This document shows, piece by piece, positions 32,422-42,915 of a stretch of DNA of 58,327 nucleotides. The DNA comes from Actinomycetota bacterium (GTDB lineage: Bacteria; Actinomycetota; Actinomycetes; S36-B12; UBA5976). Below the pieces are notes generated by a model. That model had not been told where the DNA came from and did not search any database. It worked only from the letters and a program-made list of their open reading frames with translations. Location of the stretch: assembly GCA_027730605.1 (NCBI GenBank), contig JAQCGN010000002.1, positions 1-58,327 of the forward strand, in the 5' to 3' direction. Each line of letters starts with the position of its first letter. Within the stretch, counting starts at the first letter, position 1. The position numbers and the translations under genes were made by a program.

Positions 32422-33219
32422 GTGAGCAAAGACCCGTACGAATTGGCAAATCTCTCAGCCCAAAAATTAGCTGAAATAACAAAAATCGCCCGACACGATG
32501 TTTTAGTTGTTCTAGGTTCTGGTTGGACCCCAGCAATTGAAGCTTTGGGGAAAGCAGATGCTGAACTTGCTGTCACAGATTTACCAGGATTTTCTGCCCC
32601 TGCAGTTGCAGGTCATGCAGGAAAACTTAGAAGTGTGAAAGTTGGAAATTACCAAACACTTATTCAAATGGGTAGAACGCATTACTACGAAGGTAGAGGC
32701 ACTGCCGCTGTTGTTCATGCAGTTAGAACTGCAATCGCCAGTGGTGTCAAAACTGTTATTTTAACAAATGCTTGCGGTGGGTTACAACTTAAATGGAAAC
32801 CAGGCACACCCGTATTAATTAGAGATCACATCAACTTAACTGGAGCAACACCACTTGTTGGTCCAAAGTTTTTAGATGTAAGTGAAATTTATTCAAAGCG
32901 ATTAAGAAAAATTGCGAAAGAAATAGACCCAACACTTGATGAAGGTGTTTATGTTCAATTTCATGGTCCTCAATATGAAACACCAGCTGAAGTTCAAATG
33001 GCACTTAAAATTGGTGGAGATTTAGTTGGTATGTCAACTGCTATTGAAGCCATTGCTGCTCGCGAGGCCCAAGCAGAAGTTTTGGGAATTTCAATGGTGA
33101 CAAATCCGGGTGCAGGTTTAACTAGTGAGCATCTAAATCATGAAGAAGTATTAGCTGCAGGTTTAGCTGCCGCTGCTCGAATGGGTGATTTACTAAAGAA
33201 AGTTATTGAAAAACTGTGA
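32422..33219 (+). CDS. punA: Purine nucleoside phosphorylase (trimeric PunA type)
   Basis: 265 aa. Contains GRTHYYEG and VGMSTAIE. GTG start. Confidence 0.9.
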   Translation: MSKDPYELANLSAQKLAEITKIARHDVLVVLGSGWTPAIEALGKADAELAVTDLPGFSAPAVAGHAGKLRSVKVGNYQTLIQMGRTHYYEGRGTAAVVHAVRTAIASGVKTVILTNACGGLQLKWKPGTPVLIRDHINLTGATPLVGPKFLDVSEIYSKRLRKIAKEIDPTLDEGVYVQFHGPQYETPAEVQMALKIGGDLVGMSTAIEAIAAREAQAEVLGISMVTNPGAGLTSEHLNHEEVLAAGLAAAARMGDLLKKVIEKL

Positions 33220-34850
33220 GTGAAAAATTGATTTCAATCGCCCAAAACTGGGCTGATAACGATCCTGATGAAAATACTAAGAAACAAGTTCTGGATTTAA
33301 TTAAAAGTAATAACGTTAATAAATTAGGTTCTCTTTTTGCTGGTGAGCTTGAATTTGGCACAGCAGGATTAAGGGCTGAAATTGATGCAGGGCAATCAAG
33401 AATGAATCGTGCCGTTGTCATCAGAGCAACTTATGGGTTGTGCCAATACTTATTAAAAAAATATCCAAATAAAAAACCTAAATTAATTGTAGGCAATGAC
33501 GCTCGTCATATGTCTGATCAATTTGCACAAGATGTTTGCGGTGTTGCTATGAGTCTTGGTTTAGAGGTCATTAGACTTCCCTCCCAAATTCCAACTCCAG
33601 TTTTGGCTTTTGGAGTTAGGCATTTGGGTGCTCATGCTGGGGTGATGATAACTGCGTCTCATAATCCGCCTCGAGATAATGGTTATAAAGTTTATGACCA
33701 TTTGGGTGCAGGAATTATTCCACCGATGGACAAAGAAATAGCAGAGTTAATTAAATCTGCCCCAATGGCGGCTCAAATTAAATTAACACGTGGGTGGAAA
33801 GAAATAGACATAACTTCTCAATACCACCAAAGAGCTGCTCAATTGGTTAACAATAAGTATGGGCAAATTAAAGTTGCTTTTACCCCGATGCATGGCGTTG
33901 GCCAAGAAACCTTTGATAAATGTATGAAACTTGCAGGGTTTAATCCATCTATAAATGTCAAAGAACAAACAAAACCAGATCCCGATTTTCCTACCGTGGC
34001 ATTTCCAAATCCTGAAGAACCTGGGGCAATGGATTTATTGTTAAAACTTGCACAAGAAATTAATGCTGATGTTGCAATTGCAAATGATCCTGATGCCGAT
34101 AGATGTGCGGTGGCAATACCTGAAAGTGGCAAATGGCAAGTTCTGACTGGAGATGAATTAGGTTTTCTAATCGCTTGGTGGTTAATCAAGCGAAGTAAAT
34201 TAAATAATTTGCAACTAAAGGGACAAATGGTTGCTTCAATCGTTTCAAGTTCGCTCGTTCCTAAAATGGCAGTGGCGAATGGTTTAAAAGGTGCCACAAC
34301 TTTAACGGGTGTTAAGTGGATGGGACATTTAGATGAACTTATCTTTGGATACGAAGAGGCAATTGGTTATTGCACAGATTCTGAATATGTAAGAGATAAA
34401 GACGGAATATCAGTCGCTTTGCGCGTCGTTGAATTGTTTTCTTATTTGAAGAATAATAATATCTCTGCTTCTGAAATACTGAATTCTATTTATCAAGAGT
34501 TTGGTGTTCACTTAACAAAACAGTTGAGTTTTCGATTTGATTCTGTAAAAAAAGCTATAGATATAACAAAAAAGTTGATTACAAACCCACCTACACAAAT
34601 TGGAGAATTTGTCGTAGAAAAAGTGGAAGATATGAACAACGGAATTGATGGATTACCACCTACTTCAGGTATCAGGTTGGTGACAAAAAATGCACGAATA
34701 ATTGTGAGACCAAGTGGTACTGAGCCAAAGTTAAAGTGCTACTTAGAAGTCACGACTAAACCTGGAAATCCTCAAGAAAATCTAATAATTGCGAAGAAAG
34801 AATTAGATTTATTGGCCGATTCCGTTCACCAACTCCTCACAAGTATTTAG
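33216..34850 (+). CDS. Phospho-sugar mutase (alpha-D-phosphohexomutase family; likely phosphopentomutase role in this context)
   Basis: 544 aa. The active-site serine loop TASHNPPRDNGYKVY and the metal loop DPDADR are present. The GTG start overlaps the punA stop (GTGA). The same punA-pmmB pairing occurs in M. tuberculosis (Rv3307-Rv3308). Confidence 0.85.
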   Translation: MSEKLISIAQNWADNDPDENTKKQVLDLIKSNNVNKLGSLFAGELEFGTAGLRAEIDAGQSRMNRAVVIRATYGLCQYLLKKYPNKKPKLIVGNDARHMSDQFAQDVCGVAMSLGLEVIRLPSQIPTPVLAFGVRHLGAHAGVMITASHNPPRDNGYKVYDHLGAGIIPPMDKEIAELIKSAPMAAQIKLTRGWKEIDITSQYHQRAAQLVNNKYGQIKVAFTPMHGVGQETFDKCMKLAGFNPSINVKEQTKPDPDFPTVAFPNPEEPGAMDLLLKLAQEINADVAIANDPDADRCAVAIPESGKWQVLTGDELGFLIAWWLIKRSKLNNLQLKGQMVASIVSSSLVPKMAVANGLKGATTLTGVKWMGHLDELIFGYEEAIGYCTDSEYVRDKDGISVALRVVELFSYLKNNNISASEILNSIYQEFGVHLTKQLSFRFDSVKKAIDITKKLITNPPTQIGEFVVEKVEDMNNGIDGLPPTSGIRLVTKNARIIVRPSGTEPKLKCYLEVTTKPGNPQENLIIAKKELDLLADSVHQLLTSI

Positions 34851-34873
34851 CTATTTACCTACTTGGATACGCT

Positions 34874-35842
34874 GTGAACGTGTTAAAAAACGATCCCTTG
34901 GTATTGCCACCACTTCTTAGTGATGCCGCTAATAGCGAATCTGCTCTTAAAAAGTTTTTGAATGGCCTTGCAGGTGTTGACAAAGTTGGTGTTGAAGAAA
35001 GAGTAGCTAAACTTGGCACTCGCTCAATCAAAACAACAGCAAAAGCTGAAGGTATTGATTTAGCAATTCGAATGATTGACCTTACGACGTTAGAAGGTAT
35101 GGACACAAAAGGAAAAATTAAAACCCTTTGCGCCAAAGCTAGAAGACCCGATCCACAAGATCCAAATGTGCCAAGTGTTGCGGCAGTTTGTGTTTATAGT
35201 GATTTAGTTTCAATTGCTAAAGAGAACTTAAGTGGTACAACAATAAAAGTTGCTGCTGTTGCTACTGGATTTCCAGCAGGAAGAGTTTCTTTGGCCGCTA
35301 AGTTGCAAGACACATCTGATGCTGTTTCTCAGGGTGCAGATGAAATCGACATGGTAATTGATCGTGGAGCATTTCACGAAGGAAGATTTCTAGATATCTA
35401 TGACCAAATTCAGTCAATTAAACAAGTTTGTAAATCCGCTCATTTGAAGGTAATTCTTGAAACAGGTGAATTGAAAACTTACGACAACGTTAAAAAAGCA
35501 TCCTGGATTGCAATGTTGGCCGGTGCTGACTTCATAAAGACCTCAACAGGAAAAGTACAACCTGCAGCAACACTTCCAGTAACACTTGTAATGCTGCAAG
35601 CAATTAGGGATTTTGAAATGGCAACTCATAGAAGAATTGGTATGAAGCCAGCTGGTGGAATTAAAACTACAAAAGATGCTATGAAATATCTAGTTGTATT
35701 GAAAGAAACGTTAGGTGACAAATGGATGAATCCAGATATGTTTAGATTTGGCGCCTCAAGTTTATTAAATGACTTGTTAATGCAAAGACAAAAAATGAAA
35801 AATGGAGCTTACTCAGGTCCAGATTATGTGACGGTGGACTAG
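34874..35842 (+). CDS. deoC: Deoxyribose-phosphate aldolase (long form)
   Basis: 322 aa. Contains DMVIDRG, and the Schiff-base lysine lies in FIKTSTGK. Confidence 0.9.
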   Translation: MNVLKNDPLVLPPLLSDAANSESALKKFLNGLAGVDKVGVEERVAKLGTRSIKTTAKAEGIDLAIRMIDLTTLEGMDTKGKIKTLCAKARRPDPQDPNVPSVAAVCVYSDLVSIAKENLSGTTIKVAAVATGFPAGRVSLAAKLQDTSDAVSQGADEIDMVIDRGAFHEGRFLDIYDQIQSIKQVCKSAHLKVILETGELKTYDNVKKASWIAMLAGADFIKTSTGKVQPAATLPVTLVMLQAIRDFEMATHRRIGMKPAGGIKTTKDAMKYLVVLKETLGDKWMNPDMFRFGASSLLNDLLMQRQKMKNGAYSGPDYVTVD

Positions 35843-37278
35843 TGGTTTTTGAATACGCCCCTGCTCCAGAATCAACCAAAATCGTTAATTTAAAATCAAA
35901 CTATGACTTATTTATTGGTGGAAAGTTTGTTAAATCCAAGAGTGGATCAAATTATAAAACGATAAATCCAGCCACAGAGGAAGTGCTTGCTGAAATTATC
36001 GAAGCAAGTCAAAAGGATGTTGATGAAGCAGTTAAATCTGCTCGAAAAGCATTTAAATCTTGGTCGAAACTTTCAGGATCTGAACGAGGTAAATATCTTT
36101 ATCGAATCGCACGAATTATTCAAGAAAGATCTAGAGAATTAGCAGTACTTGAATCGATGAACAACGGAAAACCAATTAGAGAATCAAGAGATATTGATAT
36201 TCCTTTGGTGGCAGCACATTTCTTTCATTACGCAGGTTGGGCCGACAAACTTGACTATGCCGGTCTTGGTAAAAATCCTCAAGCTTTAGGTGTTGCAGGA
36301 CAGATTATTCCTTGGAATTTTCCACTCCTAATGCTTTCTTGGAAAATTGCTCCAGCCTTGGCAGCAGGAAACACAGTTGTTTTAAAACCTGCTGAAACCA
36401 CCCCACTAACTGCATTGTTATTTGCAGAAATTTGCCAACAAGCAGAACTTCCAGATGGTGTTGTAAACATAATTACTGGTGCAGGCCAAACTGGCCAATA
36501 TTTAGTAAATCATTCAGATATTGATAAATTAGCTTTCACCGGTTCAACTGAAGTAGGACGCTTAATCGCACAATCAGTTTCAGGAACAAACAAAAAAGTC
36601 ACGTTAGAACTTGGGGGCAAAGCCGCCAATATTGTTTTTGATGATGCAGCGATGGATCAAGCAGTTGAAGGAGTTGTTAACGGAATATTCTTTAACCAAG
36701 GTCATGTTTGTTGCGCAGGCTCTAGATTATTGCTTCAAGAATCAATTTCTGATGATTTCTTAAACCTACTTTATGAAAGAATGAAAACTTTGCGCTTAGG
36801 AGATCCGTTAGATAAAAACACAGATGTCGGAGCTATTAATTCGGCCTCACAGTTAGCAAAGATTAAAGAACTATCCGAATCAGGAAAATCTGAAGGTGCT
36901 CAAATGTGGAGTGCTCCTTGTGAAATCCCTAATAAAGGTTTTTGGTTTGCTCCCACAGTTTTCACAAATGTTTCCTTATCGCACCGAATTGCTCGGGAAG
37001 AAATATTTGGACCAGTATTAAGTGTTTTAACATTTAGAACTCCTGATGAGGCAATTGAGAAAGCAAATAACACTCCATTTGGTTTAAGTGCCGGAATTTG
37101 GACTGAAAAAGGATCAAGAATTCTAGAAGTTGCTCATAAATTAAGAGCAGGTGTGATCTGGGCAAACACATTTAACAAATTTGATCCAACTAGTCCTTTC
37201 GGTGGATATAAAGAATCAGGTTATGGCCGCGAAGGTGGACGCCATGGGCTTGAAGCGTATTTAAAGGCAGGTAAATAA
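35842..37278 (+). CDS. NAD(P)-dependent aldehyde dehydrogenase
   Basis: 478 aa. Contains PWNFP, ELGGK and the catalytic Cys in FFNQGHVCCAGSR. The start overlaps the deoC stop by 1 nt (taGtg). Confidence 0.9.
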   Translation: MVFEYAPAPESTKIVNLKSNYDLFIGGKFVKSKSGSNYKTINPATEEVLAEIIEASQKDVDEAVKSARKAFKSWSKLSGSERGKYLYRIARIIQERSRELAVLESMNNGKPIRESRDIDIPLVAAHFFHYAGWADKLDYAGLGKNPQALGVAGQIIPWNFPLLMLSWKIAPALAAGNTVVLKPAETTPLTALLFAEICQQAELPDGVVNIITGAGQTGQYLVNHSDIDKLAFTGSTEVGRLIAQSVSGTNKKVTLELGGKAANIVFDDAAMDQAVEGVVNGIFFNQGHVCCAGSRLLLQESISDDFLNLLYERMKTLRLGDPLDKNTDVGAINSASQLAKIKELSESGKSEGAQMWSAPCEIPNKGFWFAPTVFTNVSLSHRIAREEIFGPVLSVLTFRTPDEAIEKANNTPFGLSAGIWTEKGSRILEVAHKLRAGVIWANTFNKFDPTSPFGGYKESGYGREGGRHGLEAYLKAGK

Positions 37279-38124
37279 ATGTCAAACTTAGACGTTAAAA
37301 GAACAGCGAAATTATTTATCGGTGGAGCATTCCCACGCTCTGAATCAGGTAGAACCTATGAAATTTTTGATAAGAACAAAAAATTTGTAGCAAATGTTGC
37401 TTTGGCTTCAAGAAAAGATGCCCGAGATTGTGTTGTAGCTGCCAGGTCTGCATTTACTAAATGGTCAGAAGCTACTGCCTATAACCGTGCCCAAGTTATG
37501 TATCGCGTTTCAGAAATAATGCAAGGCCGTCGTGAACAATTTATTGAAGAATTAAGTTATTGGACCAAGTCAAAGAAAGAAGCTGAAAAAGAAGTTGATG
37601 AAGCAATAAACAGGATGGTTTGGTTTGCTGGTTGGTCAGATAAATTAGCAATGGTTACAGGATCTAATAATCCTGTTGCCGGCTCATTTTTTAATTTTTC
37701 AGTTCCAGAACCTACTGGAGTTGTTGCAACAATTGCACCTGAAAAATCTCCTCTACTGGGACTGGTTGAAACAATTGCATCAGCAATAGTCAGTGGTAAC
37801 TCAGTTATTGTCATTGCCTCTGAAACTCAACCACTTGCCGCTGTTTCCCTTGCAGAAGTATTAGCAACAAGTGATGTTCCGGCAGGAGTAGTAAATATAT
37901 TGACAGGCTCATATAAAGAAATAGCACCTTGGCTTGCTAGTCACCAAGATGTAAATGCCCTTGATTTAACAGGTGTGGATAAAAAAAGTATTGCCCAAGA
38001 ATTAGAAAATCAGGCCGCAATTAATCTCAAAAGAGTGTTGCGTCCAAATACAAAACTTGATGGATTAACTCGAATTAAAACTTTCTTAGAGACCAAAACT
38101 GTTTGGCATCCAAGGGGATTTTAG
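37279..38124 (+). CDS. ALDH-like protein lacking the catalytic domain
   Basis: 281 aa. It aligns by eye to the N-terminal NAD-binding half of ALDHs (KLFIGGAFP..., GVVNILTG) up to NLKRV, then ends without ELGGK or a catalytic Cys. Its ATG directly follows the TAA of the upstream ALDH. Confidence 0.7.
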   Translation: MSNLDVKRTAKLFIGGAFPRSESGRTYEIFDKNKKFVANVALASRKDARDCVVAARSAFTKWSEATAYNRAQVMYRVSEIMQGRREQFIEELSYWTKSKKEAEKEVDEAINRMVWFAGWSDKLAMVTGSNNPVAGSFFNFSVPEPTGVVATIAPEKSPLLGLVETIASAIVSGNSVIVIASETQPLAAVSLAEVLATSDVPAGVVNILTGSYKEIAPWLASHQDVNALDLTGVDKKSIAQELENQAAINLKRVLRPNTKLDGLTRIKTFLETKTVWHPRGF

Positions 38125-39227
38125 AACTTTATTCCTAAATCTTGAGCAATTTTTGCATAAGACGGTTTGATAACTTCATTGATTAGTTTAAGTCTTTGAT
38201 CAAAAGGAATAAAAGAGCTCTTCATTGCATTAACACTTAGCCATTGTAATTGCTTCAAAGTAAAACCTAATTCAGTAACGAGAAGCGTCATTTCTTTAGT
38301 CATTGAAGTATCAGACATTAATCTGTTATCTGTATTTACGGTTGCTCTAAAACCAAGTTTTGTTAACACCCCAATTGGGTGATCTTTAATGCTTTTTGCG
38401 GCCCCTGTCTGCACATTTGATGAGGGACAAAGTTCCAATGGCACACGTCTATCTCGAACATAGGCGGAGAGTTCGCCTAATTTTATTTCACCATTTGCTT
38501 GAAAACTTAAATCATCAACAATTCTTACTCCATGACCTAAGCGATCAGTTCCACAGATTTGCACAGCTTCCCAAATAGATGGCAAACCAAATGCTTCACC
38601 GGCATGAATTGTCATATGAAAATTTGCTCTGCGCACGGCATCAAATGCATCAAGGTGTCTTGTGGGAGGAAAACCTGCTTCTTTGCCAGCTATGTCAAAA
38701 CCAACAACACCCTTTTCTCGCCACTTAACTGCTAGCTCTGCAATTTCACTTGAACGAGCAGCCGTTCTCATTGCTGTAAGAAGTGCCCGAACAATTATTG
38801 GCTTACCTACGCTTGTCATTGTTTTTTCACCACGACGAAATCCTTCAAGAACAGCTTCAACTACTTGATCCAGTATCAAACCTTTGTTTTGATGTAATTC
38901 GGGAGCAAATCTGATTTCTGCATAAACAACTCCATCATTAGCCAAATCTTCAACTGCCTCAAAAGCGACTCGTTCTAATGCATCTTTTGTTTGCATTACA
39001 CCAACAGTGTGAACAAATGCTTCCAAGTATCTCTCTAATGATCCAGAATCACAGTTATCTCTAAACCATTTAGCTAAAGCAAGTGGATCTGTTGTTGGTA
39101 AATTCTCATACCCAACTTCTTTTGCAAGTTCAGCAACTGTGGAGGGTCTAACCCCTCCATCTAGGTGGTCGTGTAATAAAACTTTAGGAACATTCTTAAT
39201 TATTTCTCGAGTTAAACTCTCAGGCAT
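38121..39227 (-). CDS. add: Adenosine deaminase
   Basis: 368 aa. Contains [12 protein letters not shown] and the TVNTDN region. It abuts the ABC ATPase gene with no gap. Confidence 0.93.
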   Translation of the reverse strand: MPESLTREIIKNVPKVLLHDHLDGGVRPSTVAELAKEVGYENLPTTDPLALAKWFRDNCDSGSLERYLEAFVHTVGVMQTKDALERVAFEAVEDLANDGVVYAEIRFAPELHQNKGLILDQVVEAVLEGFRRGEKTMTSVGKPIIVRALLTAMRTAARSSEIAELAVKWREKGVVGFDIAGKEAGFPPTRHLDAFDAVRRANFHMTIHAGEAFGLPSIWEAVQICGTDRLGHGVRIVDDLSFQANGEIKLGELSAYVRDRRVPLELCPSSNVQTGAAKSIKDHPIGVLTKLGFRATVNTDNRLMSDTSMTKEMTLLVTELGFTLKQLQWLSVNAMKSSFIPFDQRLKLINEVIKPSYAKIAQDLGIKF

Positions 39228-40742
39228 TTAATTCTTGTCTCCGCCAGCCATTAATCTTCCAACTTTGTTTCTTTCCGCATCTTTTTCATCCAAAATTTCT
39301 ACAATTCTTCCTGCGTAAATTACTGCGACTCGATCAGCTAAACCTAACACTTCATCTAACTCTGCAGACACTAAAAGAACTGCAGACCCACTGTCTCTTG
39401 CTGCAACTATTTGATTATGAATAAATTCAATGGAGCCAACATCAACTCCTCGAGTTGGTTGAGCTGCTATGAGAAGTTTTGGTCCCCATATTAATTCTCT
39501 TGCAATAACAAGTTTTTGCTTATTTCCCCCAGAAAGAGCTCCAGCTGCAGTATCAATACTTGGGGTTCTAACATCAAATTTTTCAACAAGTTTTGTGGCT
39601 AATGTTCTTATTGCACCAGTTTGCCTCACCCCAGCTTTAGAAAATTCTTTTTCATCAAATCGATTCAACACAGAATTATCTGCGATTGAATAACCAGCAA
39701 CTAATCCATCCTTTTCTCTATCTTCTGGAACGTGGGCTACTCCTAGTTCGTGGATCTTATGTGGGCTTAACTTTGTGGAATCAGTATCACCTATTTTGAT
39801 ATATCCAGATTCTATTTTTCTTAAACCTGTTATTGCTTGGACCAACTCTCGTTGACCGTTACCTTCGACTCCAGCTATTCCAACTATTTCCCCTGCTCTA
39901 ACTTCTATTGAGAAATCACGAACTGCGGGAAGTTTTCTATCATCTTGCACATTTAAGTTCTTAATTTGTAACACGACTTCTTTAGGGTGGGATGAATCTT
40001 TTTTAACATCAAGAACAACACTTCTTCCAACCATCATTGTTGCTAAACCTTCTTGATTTGTGTCTTTAGGTCTGGCCGTTCCTACAACCTTGCCATTTCT
40101 TAAGACAACTACTCGATCAGCAACTGCTAAAACCTCTCGTAGTTTATGGGTGATAAAAATAACTCCCACACCTTTTTGCGCAAAGCTTTGCATTACCTTT
40201 AATAATTCATCTGTTTCTTGAGGCGTTAGTACTGCTGTTGGTTCATCCATAATTAAAATATCTGCTTTTCGGTAAAGCATCTTTAATATTTCAACTCTTT
40301 GCTGCATTCCAACCGGTAGATCTTCAATGCGAGCCTTTGGATTTACTTCTAATCCGTATTTTTCTGATAACTCGGTAACTTCTTTGTCTGCGGCATCTAA
40401 ATCAAATTTTATCCCTTTTGTTTTTTCTGCACCTAAAACTATATTTTCAGCCACCGTCATAACAGGTACTAATTGAAAGTGTTGGTGCACCATTCCAATA
40501 CCTTTAGCAATTGCATCGGCTGGAGAATGAAAATCAACTTTTTCACCCTTTACAAATAGTTCTCCGCTGTCAGATCCATATAGTCCATAAATCATTTTGA
40601 CTAGTGTGGATTTACCTGCACCGTTTTCACCTAAAAGAGCAACTATTTCACCCTTTTCTAAAGTTAGGGAAACATTGTCATTTGCCAAAACTCCAGGAAA
40701 TTTCTTAGTTAAGTTTTTAGCTTCAATTAAAAACTCGGACAA
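39228..40742 (-). CDS. ABC transporter ATP-binding protein, duplicated ABC domains (nucleoside/sugar CUT2 type)
   Basis: 504 aa. Walker A GENGAGKST, two LSGG-type signatures and two Walker B regions. Confidence 0.9.
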   Translation of the reverse strand: MSEFLIEAKNLTKKFPGVLANDNVSLTLEKGEIVALLGENGAGKSTLVKMIYGLYGSDSGELFVKGEKVDFHSPADAIAKGIGMVHQHFQLVPVMTVAENIVLGAEKTKGIKFDLDAADKEVTELSEKYGLEVNPKARIEDLPVGMQQRVEILKMLYRKADILIMDEPTAVLTPQETDELLKVMQSFAQKGVGVIFITHKLREVLAVADRVVVLRNGKVVGTARPKDTNQEGLATMMVGRSVVLDVKKDSSHPKEVVLQIKNLNVQDDRKLPAVRDFSIEVRAGEIVGIAGVEGNGQRELVQAITGLRKIESGYIKIGDTDSTKLSPHKIHELGVAHVPEDREKDGLVAGYSIADNSVLNRFDEKEFSKAGVRQTGAIRTLATKLVEKFDVRTPSIDTAAGALSGGNKQKLVIARELIWGPKLLIAAQPTRGVDVGSIEFIHNQIVAARDSGSAVLLVSAELDEVLGLADRVAVIYAGRIVEILDEKDAERNKVGRLMAGGDKN

Positions 40743-40744
40743 AA

Positions 40745-41749
40745 TTAACCTTCTTTCGTGTACGGTTGGCCGGCCGCCGCTGGAGGCCTAACTCGACCAA
40801 CAGCAATTGCCAAAACAACTAAGGTCATCACAAAAGGCAATAAGTTAACAAATTGTTGTGGAATGTTTATTACTTCATCTGCTTGTAATTGACTTGCAAT
40901 TGCAGTTGATAATCCAAAAAATAGCGCTGCAGCAAGAGCTCCTAATGGATTCCAGGCACCAAAAATCATAATTGCTAAAGCCAAAAATCCTCGTCCTGCG
41001 GTTAATCCTCTAGCAAAAGTTCCGGCAGCTTCTAAAGCTAAGAATGCTCCGGCACATCCTGCTAAGGCGCCGGCCAATGTTACGTTAAGCATTCGTGTTC
41101 GTAAAACATTTATTCCTGCTGCATCTGCAGCACTTGGGTACTCACCCACTGCTCTACTTCGCAAACCCCATCTGGTTCTAAAGATTGCATAATTTACAGC
41201 CAAAACAATAAACAGTGTTGCTAATGCAAATAAACCGTTTCTAAAAAATACGGGACCAATTAAAGGAATATCGCTCAAAATTGGGATTGATACAACTGGC
41301 ATTAATTGCGGAAGGGTTTTTCCTGGAGCGTAGAAAAATGAAGTTAAACCTGCGGCAACAATATTAATTACAACCCCGGCAATAATTTGATCCATTTCCC
41401 ACTTAACTGCTGCGACTGCCAGAAATGCACCCATTACTAAACCAGCTAAGATTCCAATAACCATTCCCAAATAAATACTGCCAGTAATTACTGAACCAAA
41501 GAAACTCGCAAATGCTGACATCAACATTTGGCCTTCAATACCAATGTTTACAACCCCAGTTCGTTCCCCAATGATTCCCACCATTGCTGCTAAAACTAAA
41601 GGAACTGCATATCCCCAGCCAAAAACCAAAACAGAAGTTGTTTTAATTTCATCTAGGAAATAAAAGACATAAGCAACCACTGTGACAAGAGCTAGAGTGA
41701 TTATTGGTTTTCTGTTTTCACTTATAAAGTCCAACATTAATTGCCCCAA
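40745..41749 (-). CDS. ABC transporter permease (BMP/nucleoside system)
   Basis: 334-aa polytopic protein, paired with the upstream permease by a 13-nt overlap. Confidence 0.85.
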   Translation of the reverse strand: MGQLMLDFISENRKPIITLALVTVVAYVFYFLDEIKTTSVLVFGWGYAVPLVLAAMVGIIGERTGVVNIGIEGQMLMSAFASFFGSVITGSIYLGMVIGILAGLVMGAFLAVAAVKWEMDQIIAGVVINIVAAGLTSFFYAPGKTLPQLMPVVSIPILSDIPLIGPVFFRNGLFALATLFIVLAVNYAIFRTRWGLRSRAVGEYPSAADAAGINVLRTRMLNVTLAGALAGCAGAFLALEAAGTFARGLTAGRGFLALAIMIFGAWNPLGALAAALFFGLSTAIASQLQADEVINIPQQFVNLLPFVMTLVVLAIAVGRVRPPAAAGQPYTKEG

Positions 41750-42828
41750 CCACTCGTGACATTTGCTGATTTTTGTGCTTTTCCTTTAAACAGGAATTTA
41801 GCCAAAATGGGAGCAGAGACTAATAACAAAGTAATTGCTAGTAAAACGTCAACAATTTCTGGTTCGATTCCAGTTTCAAACTGTAAAGATGCTCCACCTG
41901 CGCGAAGGGTTCCCACCAAAATTGCTGCTGGGATGGTTGCAAGAGGATTAGCTCTGGCCAAAAGCGCAATAGTTATTCCATCAAAACCTAGCCCTGCATT
42001 AAATGCTGGTTCAAATCGATAAGTAATTCCTAATGTTTCAATTGCTCCACCAAGTCCTGCAAGACCACCACTTAACAACATTCCAGTGACAACCATTAGT
42101 TTCATGTTTATTCCTGCATAAGTTGCAGCAAACTTATTTTTTCCAACAGTATTGAATCTAAATCCAGCAGTAGTCCGGTTAAGCATCCAGGAAACTAATA
42201 AACAGATAATTACTGCCAAGATAAAGCCAAATGGGATAACGCCAATGTTTGGTAAAATTGCGGTTTCTGCGATCTTTTTGGTTCTCTGCAGTGCTTGATC
42301 TGGTTCTTTGAAAGGATTGCTTACTAAGTAGTCAAGAATTCCAATCGCAATACTGTTTAACATAATTGTTGAAATAACCTCGTGCACACCTCTATAAGCC
42401 TTTAATAAACCGGCAATTCCAGCCCAAAGTGCTCCAACAATTACTCCACAAGTTAGTGAAACTAAAACGTGCAAAATTGGAGGCAAGGTAGTTATGTAAA
42501 TACCTGCTAAAGCAGACGCTAGAGCTGCAGAAATTAATTGACCTTGTGCCCCGATATTAAAAAGTCCAATTCTTAAACCAACGGTTACTGCTAATCCAGC
42601 TAAAACTAAAGGGGTTGTCTTTTGAAAAGTTCTAAGAAGTCCATCTGAATCAAACCATGCTTCTGAAAAAATTGCTCTGTAGGCAACAAGAGGATTAACG
42701 CCTTGTAAGAAAATTAGTATTCCACCCAAAAAAAATGCCACAAATATCGCAGCAATTGGAACAACAATTGATTGGTTACGAACAAAAAATCCAATTTTAT
42801 TAGACGTTTTTGTTTCAGTCATAGTCAA
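41737..42828 (-). CDS. ABC transporter permease (BMP/nucleoside system)
   Basis: 363-aa polytopic protein, the first permease gene after the binding-protein gene. Confidence 0.85.
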   Translation of the reverse strand: MTMTETKTSNKIGFFVRNQSIVVPIAAIFVAFFLGGILIFLQGVNPLVAYRAIFSEAWFDSDGLLRTFQKTTPLVLAGLAVTVGLRIGLFNIGAQGQLISAALASALAGIYITTLPPILHVLVSLTCGVIVGALWAGIAGLLKAYRGVHEVISTIMLNSIAIGILDYLVSNPFKEPDQALQRTKKIAETAILPNIGVIPFGFILAVIICLLVSWMLNRTTAGFRFNTVGKNKFAATYAGINMKLMVVTGMLLSGGLAGLGGAIETLGITYRFEPAFNAGLGFDGITIALLARANPLATIPAAILVGTLRAGGASLQFETGIEPEIVDVLLAITLLLVSAPILAKFLFKGKAQKSANVTSGWGN

Positions 42829-42856
42829 TTTTTTTCTCCTTACCCTTAATTATGAA

Positions 42857-42886
42857 AGTGGGACGCAATCAAAATTGCGTCCCACT
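42857..42886 (-). terminator. Intra-operon hairpin between the binding-protein gene and the permease genes
   Basis: agtgggacgcaat / attgcgtcccact form a perfect 13-bp stem with loop caaa. It lies 30 nt after the BMP stop. A short T-run follows on the minus strand. Confidence 0.55.
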
Positions 42887-42915
42887 ATCAGTCTGTCGCT
42901 AATTTACTGATTTGA

